Source: Alphaproteobacteria bacterium (GTDB lineage Bacteria > Pseudomonadota > Alphaproteobacteria > UBA828). Taken from it: a DNA stretch of 64,000 bases. The position numbers and the translations under genes are program-made. Of the stretch, positions 47,857 through 58,100 are shown piece by piece (positions within the stretch are counted from its first letter, which is position 1; each line of letters begins with the position of its first letter). The notes under the pieces are model-generated. The model had not been told where the DNA came from. It was given only the letters and a program-made list of their open reading frames with translations, and ran no database searches. The stretch covers positions 32,001-96,000 of the forward strand of contig CAXXVO010000006.1 in the NCBI GenBank assembly GCA_963422645.2, in the 5' to 3' direction.

Positions 47857-49195
47857 GGACGGCGCGCGTGGACTCGGCAGTGATCTCCACCATCTGATCG
47901 ATGGTCTCGTCATCGACGATGATCGGCGGCGCAACCATGTAGACGTCCGGCCGGAAGCGGCTGAAAAGCCCACGTGCAATCGCTTCGGCGTGGATCTTGG
48001 CGGCGATGCCGTCGCCGGGATCGAAGCTCTCCTTGGTCCCCCGGTCTTTCACGTACTCCACGGCGCACATGAGCCCGAGCCCCCGGATGTCCCCGACGTT
48101 GGGATGATCGGCGAGCGCGTCCTTGAGGCCAACCAACAGGCGCTTGCCCTTCTCGGCGGCCTGGCCGGGGAAATCCTCTCGTTCGATCAGGTCGATCATC
48201 GCGCAGCCGATGGCGCAGCCAGTGGGATGCGCGCTGTAGGTGTAGGCGTGCATCCAGGGCTTGCCACTCTCGTGCATGGTGTCGGCGATCTCGTCGCTGA
48301 TCCCGATGCCGCCGAGGGAGAAGTAGCCCGACGTGATGGCCTTGGCGAACTGGATCATGTCGGGCTCGACACCCCAGTGCTGCAAGCCGAACATCTTGCC
48401 GGTGCGGCCGAACCCGGTGATGACCTCGTCCGACACCATCAGCACGTCGTACTTGGTGCAGATCTCGCGAATACGCGGGAAGTAGTCGGGCTGAGGCGGA
48501 ATCACCCCGCCGCCGCCCTGCACCGGCTCGGCGATGAACATCGCCACTGTCTCCGGCCCTTCCGCGAGGATGGCCTTCTCAAGCTCGTCCGCCGCAGCGA
48601 TGCCCTGGCTCGCGGCCCCCTCCGGCGCCTCGTAGCGATAGGGATAGGGGCTCGGGATGTGGACGAAGCCAGGCATGCGCGGCTCGAAACTCGGCCAGTA
48701 GATGCTCATGCCCGTGGCGCACATGGCAGCAAGCGTGACGCCGTGATAGCCCCAGATGCGGGAGATGACCTTGGTCTTCTCCGGCTGGCCTTTCAGCTTC
48801 CAGTAGTAGCGGGCCATCTTGATGTTGCTGTCGGTCGCCTCGCCGCCGCCCGACGTGAAGAAGAAGTGGTTGATGTTCGGGTATGTGATCCGCGCGAGCT
48901 TCTCGGCAAGCTCGATCGCACGCGGGTTGGTGCTGCCGGCATAGCCTGAGGCGTACGCCATCTCGGCGAGCTGCTTGCTCCCGGCCTCGATCAGCTCGCG
49001 GCAGCCGTTGCCGGCGGTGTTGTTCCAGAGGCCGGAAAGACCGTCGATGAAGCGGTCCCCGTTCGCATCGACGAGGAAGGCCCCTTCCCCGCCGACCCAG
49101 ACTTTGCCGGTGGCGTGGGTGGCACGGCTGTGCAACGGATGGAGCAGGTGCGCGTTATCTCGATCGAGCAGCGCAGTTTCGGCGTCGTTGGACAT
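47849..49195 (-). CDS. Class III (omega-amino acid) PLP aminotransferase
   Basis: DGLSGLW, GYHG, AEPVQGGGG, DEVITGFGRTG, AKAITSGY. Confidence 0.93.
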   Translation of the reverse strand: MSNDAETALLDRDNAHLLHPLHSRATHATGKVWVGGEGAFLVDANGDRFIDGLSGLWNNTAGNGCRELIEAGSKQLAEMAYASGYAGSTNPRAIELAEKLARITYPNINHFFFTSGGGEATDSNIKMARYYWKLKGQPEKTKVISRIWGYHGVTLAAMCATGMSIYWPSFEPRMPGFVHIPSPYPYRYEAPEGAASQGIAAADELEKAILAEGPETVAMFIAEPVQGGGGVIPPQPDYFPRIREICTKYDVLMVSDEVITGFGRTGKMFGLQHWGVEPDMIQFAKAITSGYFSLGGIGISDEIADTMHESGKPWMHAYTYSAHPTGCAIGCAMIDLIEREDFPGQAAEKGKRLLVGLKDALADHPNVGDIRGLGLMCAVEYVKDRGTKESFDPGDGIAAKIHAEAIARGLFSRFRPDVYMVAPPIIVDDETIDQMVEITAESTRAVLG

Positions 49196-49415
49196 CTCGG
49201 TCGTTCCTCCCTGTAGCGACCGCGCGTGTACCCGCTCGGCCAGCCCTCCGATGCCAGTGTGGCCGGCAGGGCGGATTCGATCAAGTGAGGCAGAACCAGG
49301 GGCAGCGAAGTTCGCGCTGGCGCAAACCGGTTGGCAAGTCCTTTCGAATAGGCGTAAAGGTGCATGTGATGGGGGCCGATACGTAGCCCTGCGGGCACCG
49401 CGACACGTTTGGCCG

Positions 49416-49862
49416 ATGGACAAGAACGCGCGCGACGGCATGCTGGAGATCTCGCTGGTCAACGACCTGCGGGAGATCGCCGCCATCGCTGCGAAGATCG
49501 ACGCGTTCTGCGAAGAGCAGGGACTCACGCCGCAGACTGCCTACGCGCTCAATCTCTCGATCGACGAGATCCTGACCAACACCATCAGCTACGGCTACGA
49601 CGACGATGAACAGCACCGGATCGGGCTCTCCTTGCGCAAGGAGGGTGACGTACTCGTCGTGGAGATCGTGGATGACGGCCGGGCATTCGACTCCTCGCTG
49701 GCGAGCGACCCGGATATCGACTCGTCTTTGGAGGAGCGCGCTCTCGGCGGTCTTGGCCTCTTCCTCGTCCAGAAGATGATGGACGACGTGACCTACCAGC
49801 GGCGTGATGAGCTCAATGTCATCACGCTGAGGAAGAACACGGCCCAGCGGGCCGAGCAATAG
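49416..49862 (+). CDS. RsbW-like anti-sigma factor/HATPase_c domain protein
   Basis: DEILTNTISYG, DDGRAFD, GGLGLFLV. Confidence 0.88.
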   Translation: MDKNARDGMLEISLVNDLREIAAIAAKIDAFCEEQGLTPQTAYALNLSIDEILTNTISYGYDDDEQHRIGLSLRKEGDVLVVEIVDDGRAFDSSLASDPDIDSSLEERALGGLGLFLVQKMMDDVTYQRRDELNVITLRKNTAQRAEQ

Positions 49863-50145
49863 CCGAACTAATCAGGTTGGGCGCTCGGGCACTTGCGGCT
49901 GGCCGGGAGCGTATCGACAAGTCCTACGGCATGCCCAGCGCGCAAACGGAGGATATCCACGGCTGATCCGGCCCGGGGGCTCGTGAACGGCGCGCGCCCC
50001 TGCCCCCAAATGCCTATCGAATTGATTGCGCCGGCATACTACCTTCGAGATCGCGGGCACAGGACAATGCGGCGACAAGGTCGCCGCGCGACTCGGCTGC
50101 ACGTGCTGCGCGCCTGTTGGGAGATTAACTTCGGCGGAGACGGCG

Positions 50146-51678
50146 ATGAACGCCCGGGTATTCGAGGAGGTGGAGCGCGAGCGGGCACGGGAGACTCCCA
50201 AGGCCGCGTTCGAGGAGCAGGCTGCGGCGCTCAGAGTCTCGCTCGTCGAGGCGCAGCGCAATCTCGCTGGCGCGGATTTTCCGGTCGTCGTGCTTTTCGC
50301 AGGGGTCGATGGCGCCGGCAAGGGCGAGACCGTCGACCTGATCACCGAGTGGCTCGACCCGCGCCGGATTGTCACCCACGCCTACGACCGGCTCACTGAG
50401 GAGGAAGGTCAGCGGCCCGAGTTCTGGCGCTACTGGCGCGACCTGCCGGAGCGCGGGCGCATCGGGCTCTTCCTCAGCGCGTGGTATTCCGAGCCTCTGT
50501 TGGACCGTGCCTACGGACGCATCGGGCCGAGCGCCCTCGACCGGCGGCTCTCGCGCATCGCGGCGTTCGAGCGGACGCTTGCCGATGACGGCGCCCTGAT
50601 CCTCAAGTTCTGGATGCACCTCGACAGGAAGGCGCAGCAGCAGCGCCTCGAGTCGCTGCAGAAGCATCCGCGCCACCACTGGCGGATCTCGCAGTGGGAT
50701 TGGCGCAACTGGCACCGCTACGAACACTTCAACGAGGCCGCCGAGCACATCATCACCCGCACCAGCACCGCCGAGGCGCCGTGGCTGGTGGTCGACGGCC
50801 GCCACGCGCGCTATCGCTCGCTCAGGGTGCTGGGCATGGTGAACCGGGCGCTGGAAGCGCGCCTGGCCGGCCTGCCGCCGCCGGATGCGGGCTTCCGCGC
50901 CCGCGCGCCGGTCGCGAGCCGGGCGGTGGTCGGTGCGACGGTGCGGGAGGTCAAGCCGCTCGCGACGATCGACCATTCGAACATCGTGGGCCGCAAGGCC
51001 TACGAGAAGTCGATGGCGCGCCTCAGGGCCGATCTCTACTGGCTCGCCGCGCAGAACCTCCTGCACGGCCTCTCCGTCGTGCTCGTGTTCGAAGGCTGGG
51101 ACGCCGGCGGCAAGGGCGGCGCCATCCGGCGCATGGTCTCGGCGCTGGATGCCCGCAGCTATCGCGTGCATCAGGTAAGCGCGCCGAGCGACGAGGAGCG
51201 TGCCCATCACTACCTCTGGCGCTTCTGGCGGCGTCTGCCCGAGGCCGGGCAGATCGCGGTGTTCGACCGCAGCTGGTATGGGCGGCTCCTGGTGGAGCGC
51301 GTCGAGTCTTTCGCGACCGAGGCGGAATGGCGGCGCGCCTACGCCGAGATCCGCGACTTCGAAGAGCAGATCATCGGCCACGGCACGTTGTTGATGAAAT
51401 TCTGGCTTCACATCGACAAGGACGAGCAAGAGCGGCGCTTTCTTGCGCGCAAGGATAATCCCTACAAGAGCTGGAAGCTGACCGAGGAAGACTGGCGCAA
51501 CCGCGCCAAGTGGGAGGCTTACGAGGACGCCGCCAACGACATGATCGCCGGCACGAGCACCCGTGAGGCGCCGTGGACTCTGGTCCCCGGCAACAACAAG
51601 AGGCATGCCCGCCTCGAAGTCCTGCGAACGCTCTGCGCCGCGCTGCAATCGCGGCTCAGCGAGCGGGCGGCGGAGTAA
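50146..51678 (+). CDS. pap: Polyphosphate:AMP phosphotransferase (two-domain PPK2)
   Basis: GVDGAGKG and EGWDAGGKGG, FDRSWYGR, WKLTEEDWRNR. Confidence 0.92.
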   Translation: MNARVFEEVERERARETPKAAFEEQAAALRVSLVEAQRNLAGADFPVVVLFAGVDGAGKGETVDLITEWLDPRRIVTHAYDRLTEEEGQRPEFWRYWRDLPERGRIGLFLSAWYSEPLLDRAYGRIGPSALDRRLSRIAAFERTLADDGALILKFWMHLDRKAQQQRLESLQKHPRHHWRISQWDWRNWHRYEHFNEAAEHIITRTSTAEAPWLVVDGRHARYRSLRVLGMVNRALEARLAGLPPPDAGFRARAPVASRAVVGATVREVKPLATIDHSNIVGRKAYEKSMARLRADLYWLAAQNLLHGLSVVLVFEGWDAGGKGGAIRRMVSALDARSYRVHQVSAPSDEERAHHYLWRFWRRLPEAGQIAVFDRSWYGRLLVERVESFATEAEWRRAYAEIRDFEEQIIGHGTLLMKFWLHIDKDEQERRFLARKDNPYKSWKLTEEDWRNRAKWEAYEDAANDMIAGTSTREAPWTLVPGNNKRHARLEVLRTLCAALQSRLSERAAE

Positions 51679-51711
51679 CGCGCCGGGAGGGTCGCTCCAG
51701 CCTTCTACGAG

Positions 51712-53757
51712 TCACAGCGCACGGCCGAGCTCCTCGCCTTCATACATGGATTGGACCGGACGGCGGGGCGCGAGCACGTCTCCGACCCGGTGCAGCTCGA
51801 CGACACGCCCTTCGAGCGCCCGATAGAGTGCGTCGTTGGGCGAACGCAGCATCGAGATAACGACGGTATCCACCCCCTCGATCACGTGCGGCTGCCCGCC
51901 CCAGATCGAGCGCACGTGGACCCTGTCGCCCTCGATCTTGTCCACGTTCGTGTGGGTGCTGCAGACCACACCCGCCTCCTCCAGGCGCGGCATCACGAAC
52001 GAGAGATCGAGGGTGCGCATGACATCCTCGCCCACCATGGCGCGCGGCGTCACGATTTCGACCTCGACGCCGCCGGTCGCCAGTATTTCGGCGAGCCCGA
52101 GCGGCAGATAGAAGCCGGTCTCCTCCAGGATCACGAGCCGTTGCCCGAGCGCGCCCGCATCCGCCAGCGCCCGCTCGGTCGCCGTGCCGACGTCGACGAC
52201 GTTCTTCTGCTCGGTCCCGGCGAGGCGCGCCTGTCCCGGACGAAACTGGCTGCGGCCGTCGCAGTCCCAACGCGATCCGGTGGCGACGACCACGGTGTCG
52301 GGTTTTTCCCGTTCAATCAGGTCAGGCGTCGCCTCCTCGCCGAGTCTCACCTCTACGCCGGCGACCTCCATGGCACGCGCCAGATTGTCGATGGCGGTGC
52401 CCCATTCCTTGCGCGTCGGCAGCGCCATCAGCAGGTTCAGGTGGCCGCCGAGGCGCTTTTCACGCTCCAGCAACGTCACCCTATGGCCGCGGCTCCCGGC
52501 GACCGCAGCGGTCTTCATCCCGGCGAGGCCGCCCCCGACGACGAGGATGTTTTTCGCCGCCTCCGGTGCCACCGGCTGCAGCGTGTCACTCCCCCACCGC
52601 GCCTCCCGGCCGACGCTCGGATTGACTGCGCAGGTAACCGGCTTGTTATCGAAGAGGCGCGCGACGCACTCATTGGCGCCCATGCATCGGCGGATTTCCT
52701 TCTGGCGGCCCTCGCGGGTCTTCTTCACCAGGTGCGGCTCGGCCATCTGCGCGCGGGTCATGGCGACCATGTCGGTGTCGCCGTCGGCGATTGCCTGCTC
52801 CGCCTGGTGCAGGTCGATGACTCGGCCGACGACAAAGATCTTGGCCCGGTTGCCCACCACGGCCTTGGCGCGCTTCGCAAAGGGGAGCATGAAGCCGTTC
52901 TTCACATCCATCGGCGCGACGGCGTGGTGCAAGGTGTAATAGCCGCCGCCGGAGATGTTGAAGAAATCGAAGAGCCCGGTGGTCGAGAGAATCTCCAGCT
53001 GCTCCTCGGCCTGGTCCGGCGTGATTCCGACCTCACCCAGGAACTCGTCGAAGGAGAGCCGGACGCCGACCGTGAACCCGTCGCCGACCTGCGCGCGCAC
53101 CGACTCGCCGATCTCGAGCAGGATCTGGCAGCGGTTGCGCACCGAGCCGCCGTATCGGTCGGTGCGGTCGTTGTGGAGAGGGCTCAGGAACTGGCCCAAC
53201 AGGTAGCTGTGCGCGGCATGCAGCTCCACCCCATCGCAGCCCGCGACCTTGACGTTGAGCGCCGCTTCCCCGAACTCCCTGACCACGTCGTCGATGTGCT
53301 CTTGCTCCATCACCAGTGGGATTTCGTGGTGAACGATCGAAGGCAGCTTGGAGACACCCCAGAGCGGGTGCCACTCGTCCATGATCATCGTGCCCTTGTC
53401 GTGGACGCCGCAGCCGAAGAGCTGGACGAACTGCCGCGCGCCGTGCTCGTGCACCGCGTCCGCGAGCTTGGCGTACTGGGGGATGGCACGTTTTTCCCAG
53501 GCAGAGCAGCCTTCGACGAACGAGCCCTTGCCGATCCGGTGACCGGCCTGCTGCTCGGTGATGAAGAGCGCCGCGCCGCCCTTCGCGCGCTCCCGGAAGA
53601 ACTCGATGTGCCGGTCGCCGAGGATGTTGTCCTTGCCGAATAGCGTGGTCTGGGCGGTCATCATGATCCGGTTCTTCACACGCGTAGAGCCGATCTCCAG
53701 CGGCTCCCAGACCAGACGAAGCTCGGATCCGTTTCCCTCGGCTGCCGTTGCGCTCAT
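51712..53757 (-). CDS. Old-yellow-enzyme/NADH:flavin oxidoreductase (FadH/TMADH-like, two-domain)
   Basis: KNRI, DGVELHAAHSYLLGQFLSP..N.RTD.YGGS, VGGGLAG. Confidence 0.9.
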   Translation of the reverse strand: MSATAAEGNGSELRLVWEPLEIGSTRVKNRIMMTAQTTLFGKDNILGDRHIEFFRERAKGGAALFITEQQAGHRIGKGSFVEGCSAWEKRAIPQYAKLADAVHEHGARQFVQLFGCGVHDKGTMIMDEWHPLWGVSKLPSIVHHEIPLVMEQEHIDDVVREFGEAALNVKVAGCDGVELHAAHSYLLGQFLSPLHNDRTDRYGGSVRNRCQILLEIGESVRAQVGDGFTVGVRLSFDEFLGEVGITPDQAEEQLEILSTTGLFDFFNISGGGYYTLHHAVAPMDVKNGFMLPFAKRAKAVVGNRAKIFVVGRVIDLHQAEQAIADGDTDMVAMTRAQMAEPHLVKKTREGRQKEIRRCMGANECVARLFDNKPVTCAVNPSVGREARWGSDTLQPVAPEAAKNILVVGGGLAGMKTAAVAGSRGHRVTLLEREKRLGGHLNLLMALPTRKEWGTAIDNLARAMEVAGVEVRLGEEATPDLIEREKPDTVVVATGSRWDCDGRSQFRPGQARLAGTEQKNVVDVGTATERALADAGALGQRLVILEETGFYLPLGLAEILATGGVEVEIVTPRAMVGEDVMRTLDLSFVMPRLEEAGVVCSTHTNVDKIEGDRVHVRSIWGGQPHVIEGVDTVVISMLRSPNDALYRALEGRVVELHRVGDVLAPRRPVQSMYEGEELGRAL

Positions 53758-53865
53758 TCGTCCCCTCCTGAATTTGGTAGCCGGGATAGTACACTGCCCC
53801 TTCCCGGAAGGCTCACGCTGCGCCGGACCGCGCGCGGCGGGGGCAAGCAGGCACGCAGAGGTAAG

Positions 53866-55371
53866 ATGAGCGACGCGCTCCAGGCCGATGTCGTGGTCGT
53901 GGGCGGCGGCAACGCCGCGCTCACGGCAGCGCTCGCCGCGGCGGAGGCCGGCGCCAGCGTGCGGCTGCTTGAGGCCGCGCCAGAGGCCGAGCGGGGCGGC
54001 AACAGCACCTATACCGCAGGCGCCATGCGGGTGGTCTTCGACGGGCCCGAGGCCCTCAACGCGCTGATGCCCGACCTCTCCGAGCGCGAGCTGGCCGAGA
54101 CCGATTTCGGCACCTACACCGAGGCCGACTATTACGACGACATGGCGCGGCTGACCCAGTACCGCGCCGACCCCGACCTCGTGGAGCGGCTCGTCACCCG
54201 CAGCCACGCCACGCTCGTCTGGCTGCGCGAGAAGGGCGTGCGCTTTCAGCCGAGCTACGGCCGCCAGGCATTCAAGCGGGAGGACGGACGCTTTCGCTTC
54301 TGGGGCGGGCTCGCGGTCGAAGCCTGGGGCGGCGGGCCGGGCCTCGTCGCGGCGCTCTACGAGAGTGCCCAGGATTCTGGCGTGGCTATTCACTACGCAG
54401 CCGAGGCTCGCTCGCTTCTCGCGGACGACGACGGCGTGCGCGGCGTGATCGCACGCATCGGCGGGCGCACGGTCGAGGTCCGCGCGCAGGCGGTGGTATT
54501 GGCCTGTGGCGGATTCGAGGCCAATGCCGCGTGGCGGGCGCGTTATCTCGGACCCGGCTGGGACCTCGCCAAGGTGCGGGGAACCCGCTTCAACCAGGGC
54601 GACGGCATTCGCATGGCGCTGGAGGCAGGCGCCAAGCCGGCCGGCAACTGGTCGGGCTGCCACGCGGTCGCCTGGGACCGTAACGCGCCCGAATTCGGCG
54701 ACCTCGCCGTCGGCGACGGCTTCCAGAAGCACAGCTACCCCTTCTCGATCGTCGTCAACGCATTAGGCGAGCGCTTCGTCGACGAGGGCGCGGACTTCCG
54801 CAACTACACCTACGCCGCCTACGGCCGCCGGGTGCTGGAGCAGCCCGGTCAGGTGGCGTGGCAGGTCTTCGACGCGCAGGTGACCCACCTGCTGCGCGAC
54901 GAGTACCGCATCCGCCAGGTCACCAAAGCGAAGGCCGATACGCTGGAAGACCTTGCGGCGCGCATGGAGGGCATCGACGGCGCGCGCTTCCTTGAAACCG
55001 TGCGGGCGTACAACGACGCCGTGATGACGGAGGTTCCCTTCGACCCGACCGTGAAGGACGGCCGCGGCACCCGGGGCATCGCTCCGCCCAAGTCCAACTG
55101 GGCCAACCGGATCGAGACTCCGCCCTTCGAGGCCTATGCCGTCACCTGCGGCATCACCTTCACCTTCGGCGGGCTCGCCATCGACCCCGGCGCCCGGGTG
55201 CAGGCTGTCTCCGGCGCGCCGATCCCCGGCCTTTTCGCTGCAGGCGAGCTGGTCGGCGGGCTCTTCTACGGTAACTATCCGGGCGGCACCGGCCTGGTCT
55301 CTGGCGCGGTCTTCGGCCGCCTCGCCGGCGTCGGCGCCGCCCAATTCGCGAAGGAGGGAACGGCCCTGTGA
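53866..55371 (+). CDS. tcuA: FAD-dependent tricarballylate dehydrogenase TcuA-like flavoprotein
   Basis: GGGNAA, RGGNS.YTAG, GPGWDLAKVRG, DEGADFRNYTYA, NYPGGTGL. Confidence 0.8.
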   Translation: MSDALQADVVVVGGGNAALTAALAAAEAGASVRLLEAAPEAERGGNSTYTAGAMRVVFDGPEALNALMPDLSERELAETDFGTYTEADYYDDMARLTQYRADPDLVERLVTRSHATLVWLREKGVRFQPSYGRQAFKREDGRFRFWGGLAVEAWGGGPGLVAALYESAQDSGVAIHYAAEARSLLADDDGVRGVIARIGGRTVEVRAQAVVLACGGFEANAAWRARYLGPGWDLAKVRGTRFNQGDGIRMALEAGAKPAGNWSGCHAVAWDRNAPEFGDLAVGDGFQKHSYPFSIVVNALGERFVDEGADFRNYTYAAYGRRVLEQPGQVAWQVFDAQVTHLLRDEYRIRQVTKAKADTLEDLAARMEGIDGARFLETVRAYNDAVMTEVPFDPTVKDGRGTRGIAPPKSNWANRIETPPFEAYAVTCGITFTFGGLAIDPGARVQAVSGAPIPGLFAAGELVGGLFYGNYPGGTGLVSGAVFGRLAGVGAAQFAKEGTAL

Positions 55372-56281
55372 GCGCCGAGCGCATCGGCTTCATCGGCACG
55401 GGCGTCATGGGCGAGCCCATGTGCCGCAACCTCGTGTGCAAGCACGACGGACCAGTCACCGCCTACGACCTCGACCCGGCACCGCTGGAGCGGCTCGCCG
55501 CCGATGGAGCGGGGATCGCGCCCTCCATCGCGGCGCTCGCCCAGGCCGCCGATCTGATCTTTCTGTCGCTCCCCTCGGGCCACGAGGTGCGGGCGGTCTG
55601 CCTCCGCGACGGCGGCCTGATCAAGCACGTCGGCGCCGGGCGCACCGTCGTCGATACAAGCACCGCGCCGCCCGCGCTCGCCCGCGAGTTCGAAAGCGCC
55701 TTCGCCGCGCGGGGGGCATCGCCTTCGCCGACGCGCCGATCGCGCGCACGCGCCAGGCCGCCATCGACGGCACGCTCAGCATCATGGTGGGAGGCGATGC
55801 TACGCTGGTGGAGCGACTGCGCCCCTTACTCGCCCACATCGCGCAGGACGTGACACACTGCGGCCCGGTCGGCAGCGGGCAGGCGGTAAAGATCCTGAAC
55901 AACATGATCCTCTTCCAGAACGTCCGGGCACTGGCCGAGGGCCTCGCGATCGCGCGCCGGCAGGGGATCGAGCCGCAGACCTTCCTAGAGGCGGTGGGCC
56001 GCAGCTCGGGCGACAGTTTTGCGCTGCGCAACCACGGCATGAAGGCGATGCTGGCGGAGCGCTACCCCGAGGGCGCTTTTCCGCTGACCTATGCGATGAA
56101 GGACCTCGACTACGCTCTTGATCTCGCCGAGGAATCGGGACTCGACGCCGAGGGCGCGGCGCTGATCAAAGCCTTATTCACCGAAGCCATCGAGCGCGGT
56201 CTCGGCGCGCGCTACCATCCCGTAATCGCAACCCTGATCGACCGCACGCGCCCGACCCAGCCGGAGGAAGAAACACCATGA
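55368..56281 (+). pseudogene. 3-hydroxyisobutyrate dehydrogenase-family oxidoreductase, frameshifted at a G6 run (~55711-55716)
   Basis: IGFIGTGVMG in the first frame; DAPIA...LSIMVGG...KILNN in the second. Confidence 0.8.
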
Positions 56282-56934
56282 CCCAGGTTCCCGACACGCT
56301 TCTCGCGAAGACACGTGCCGAACTCTCCACCGCGCAATTGGGGGACGTGCTGGACACTCTCGACCGCCGCCATCAGTTCCTGCCGCCCGAAATCTGTTCG
56401 GCCACGCCCGGCGCCACGCTGGTCGGCCGGGCGATGCCGCTGCTGGAGATCGCGGCGACGCCGGACGATCACAGCTTCGGCCTGATGTTCGAGGCCCTCG
56501 ACTCCCTCGGGAAGGACGAAGTGTACGTCGCCGCCGCCGGCGCGCCGCCCTTCGCGCTGTGGGGCGAGCTGATGACCACGCGCGCGCTGGCGCAGGGCGC
56601 GTCGGGTGCCGTTCTCGACGGTTATATGCGCGATACGCGGGAGATCCGCGCCATGACGCTGCCGGTCTTCGCGCGCGGCTCCTACGCGCAGGATCAGCGC
56701 GGACGGGGCCGTGTGGTCGCCTATCGGGAGCCGGTTCGCATCGCCGAAGTCGCCGTCCGGCCCGGAGACCTGATCGTGGGCGACGACGACGGCGTGCTCG
56801 TGGTCCCGAGCGACGTCGCAGCCGAATGCGTGGAGAAAGCGCTGGAGAAGCGCCGCATGGAAAACGTCATCGCCCAGGAGATCGAGGCCGGCCTCTCCAC
56901 CACCGAGGCGTGGGAGAAATACGGCGTCATGTAA
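56278..56934 (+). CDS. RraA/HMG-aldolase family protein
   Basis: WGELM, DGYMRD, PGDLIVGDDDGV. Confidence 0.88.
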   Translation: MTQVPDTLLAKTRAELSTAQLGDVLDTLDRRHQFLPPEICSATPGATLVGRAMPLLEIAATPDDHSFGLMFEALDSLGKDEVYVAAAGAPPFALWGELMTTRALAQGASGAVLDGYMRDTREIRAMTLPVFARGSYAQDQRGRGRVVAYREPVRIAEVAVRPGDLIVGDDDGVLVVPSDVAAECVEKALEKRRMENVIAQEIEAGLSTTEAWEKYGVM

Positions 56935-56961
56935 GGCCTCGGCCGGCGATTGAAGGGCGCT

Positions 56962-57999
56962 TTAGCGGAAGAGCGTCTCGAACTCGGTTGCGGCGGTATC
57001 CCAGCTTCGGCTCCGGGCGCTTCGACGGGCGATCTTGCTTGTGGCCTCGAAGGCGTCGTCGTCTTTCAACATGGCCAGAGCGTTCTCCACGAAGGCATCG
57101 TCGTCGGGCGCGAGAAAGCCCGATTGACGATCGGTGAATCGCTCTTTCACGGCACCGACCGGCCGGGCCACCGCCGGCAAGCCCACGGCCTGCGATTCGG
57201 CCAGCGTCGAGCAATACATCTCGCGTTCGGAGCCGGGATAGAGGTGCACTCGGGCCCTGGCGTAGGCCTTCGCCATGTCCCGGTCGCCGCCGGGCGCCAT
57301 GATCGTCACCCCGTGATCGGCGCCTGCGCTCGCCTTCTCGTAAATCGGCTTGAGATCGTCGGCGCGCGTGTCACCGGCGGTCTGGGCGCGCTTGAAGCCA
57401 GCCGAGTAGATCTGCAACTGGGCGTTCGGCGCCTGCGGGCGGATCCGCTCGATCCACAGGTCGAGCAGCCAATCGAGATCGTGCTTGGGGTGGGTCGTGA
57501 CCACTGCGGTCGGCGGCTCCTCCGGCGACATCTCCTCGTTGCTGCGGTATTCCTCGCGCACACCCGGCGCGATCGAGCGGTAGTAGACCAAGTCCTCGCC
57601 CTGGGTCCGATAGGCTTCGGAATGGGTATTGCCCTGGAACACCACCTTGGCGTCGGTGCGGTTCAGCACCTCGTGAACCTGCGGCCGGTGGAGATAATCC
57701 GGCGGTCCGGTGACCCAAAGAATGCGCGCGCGGGTCGCTCGCGTGAACTCAAGCAGCGCCGGCTTGCGAAATGCGATCAGCACCTCGGAGATCGGCGGCT
57801 TGCGACCTTCCCAGTGAATCCAGCTTACGTTCTCGAAACTCAGGCTGTTCGGGCTCCGATTGACTGCGCGCACGACATGGCCCTGGCGCGCGAGTGCCGC
57901 CGGCAGGCTGGCAAACGCCTTCTCGGCGCCTCCAATCGGTTGATATGCGGGGGTCATCCCGTTGAATGGGATAGAGTCGTCGACCAAGGTGACAAGCAT
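56962..57999 (-). CDS. Glycosyltransferase, GT4-like
   Basis: IGGAEKA, LYPG...EMYC..LAESQAVGLP. Confidence 0.8.
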   Translation of the reverse strand: MLVTLVDDSIPFNGMTPAYQPIGGAEKAFASLPAALARQGHVVRAVNRSPNSLSFENVSWIHWEGRKPPISEVLIAFRKPALLEFTRATRARILWVTGPPDYLHRPQVHEVLNRTDAKVVFQGNTHSEAYRTQGEDLVYYRSIAPGVREEYRSNEEMSPEEPPTAVVTTHPKHDLDWLLDLWIERIRPQAPNAQLQIYSAGFKRAQTAGDTRADDLKPIYEKASAGADHGVTIMAPGGDRDMAKAYARARVHLYPGSEREMYCSTLAESQAVGLPAVARPVGAVKERFTDRQSGFLAPDDDAFVENALAMLKDDDAFEATSKIARRSARSRSWDTAATEFETLFR

Positions 58000-58100
58000 G
58001 CGTCGGCTTATAGCCCTGCCCGCATGGCTTGCCAAGCAAGCCCCACACTGGCCGGACCGAGCTGGATGGGCGAGGATCGGCCTGGACCGATGAGAGGACG

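Noticed and set aside
51712-54732. 1006-aa fusion ORF
   Set aside because: The upstream part is antisense to the tcuA-like gene; the real start is 53757, after an AGGAGG RBS.
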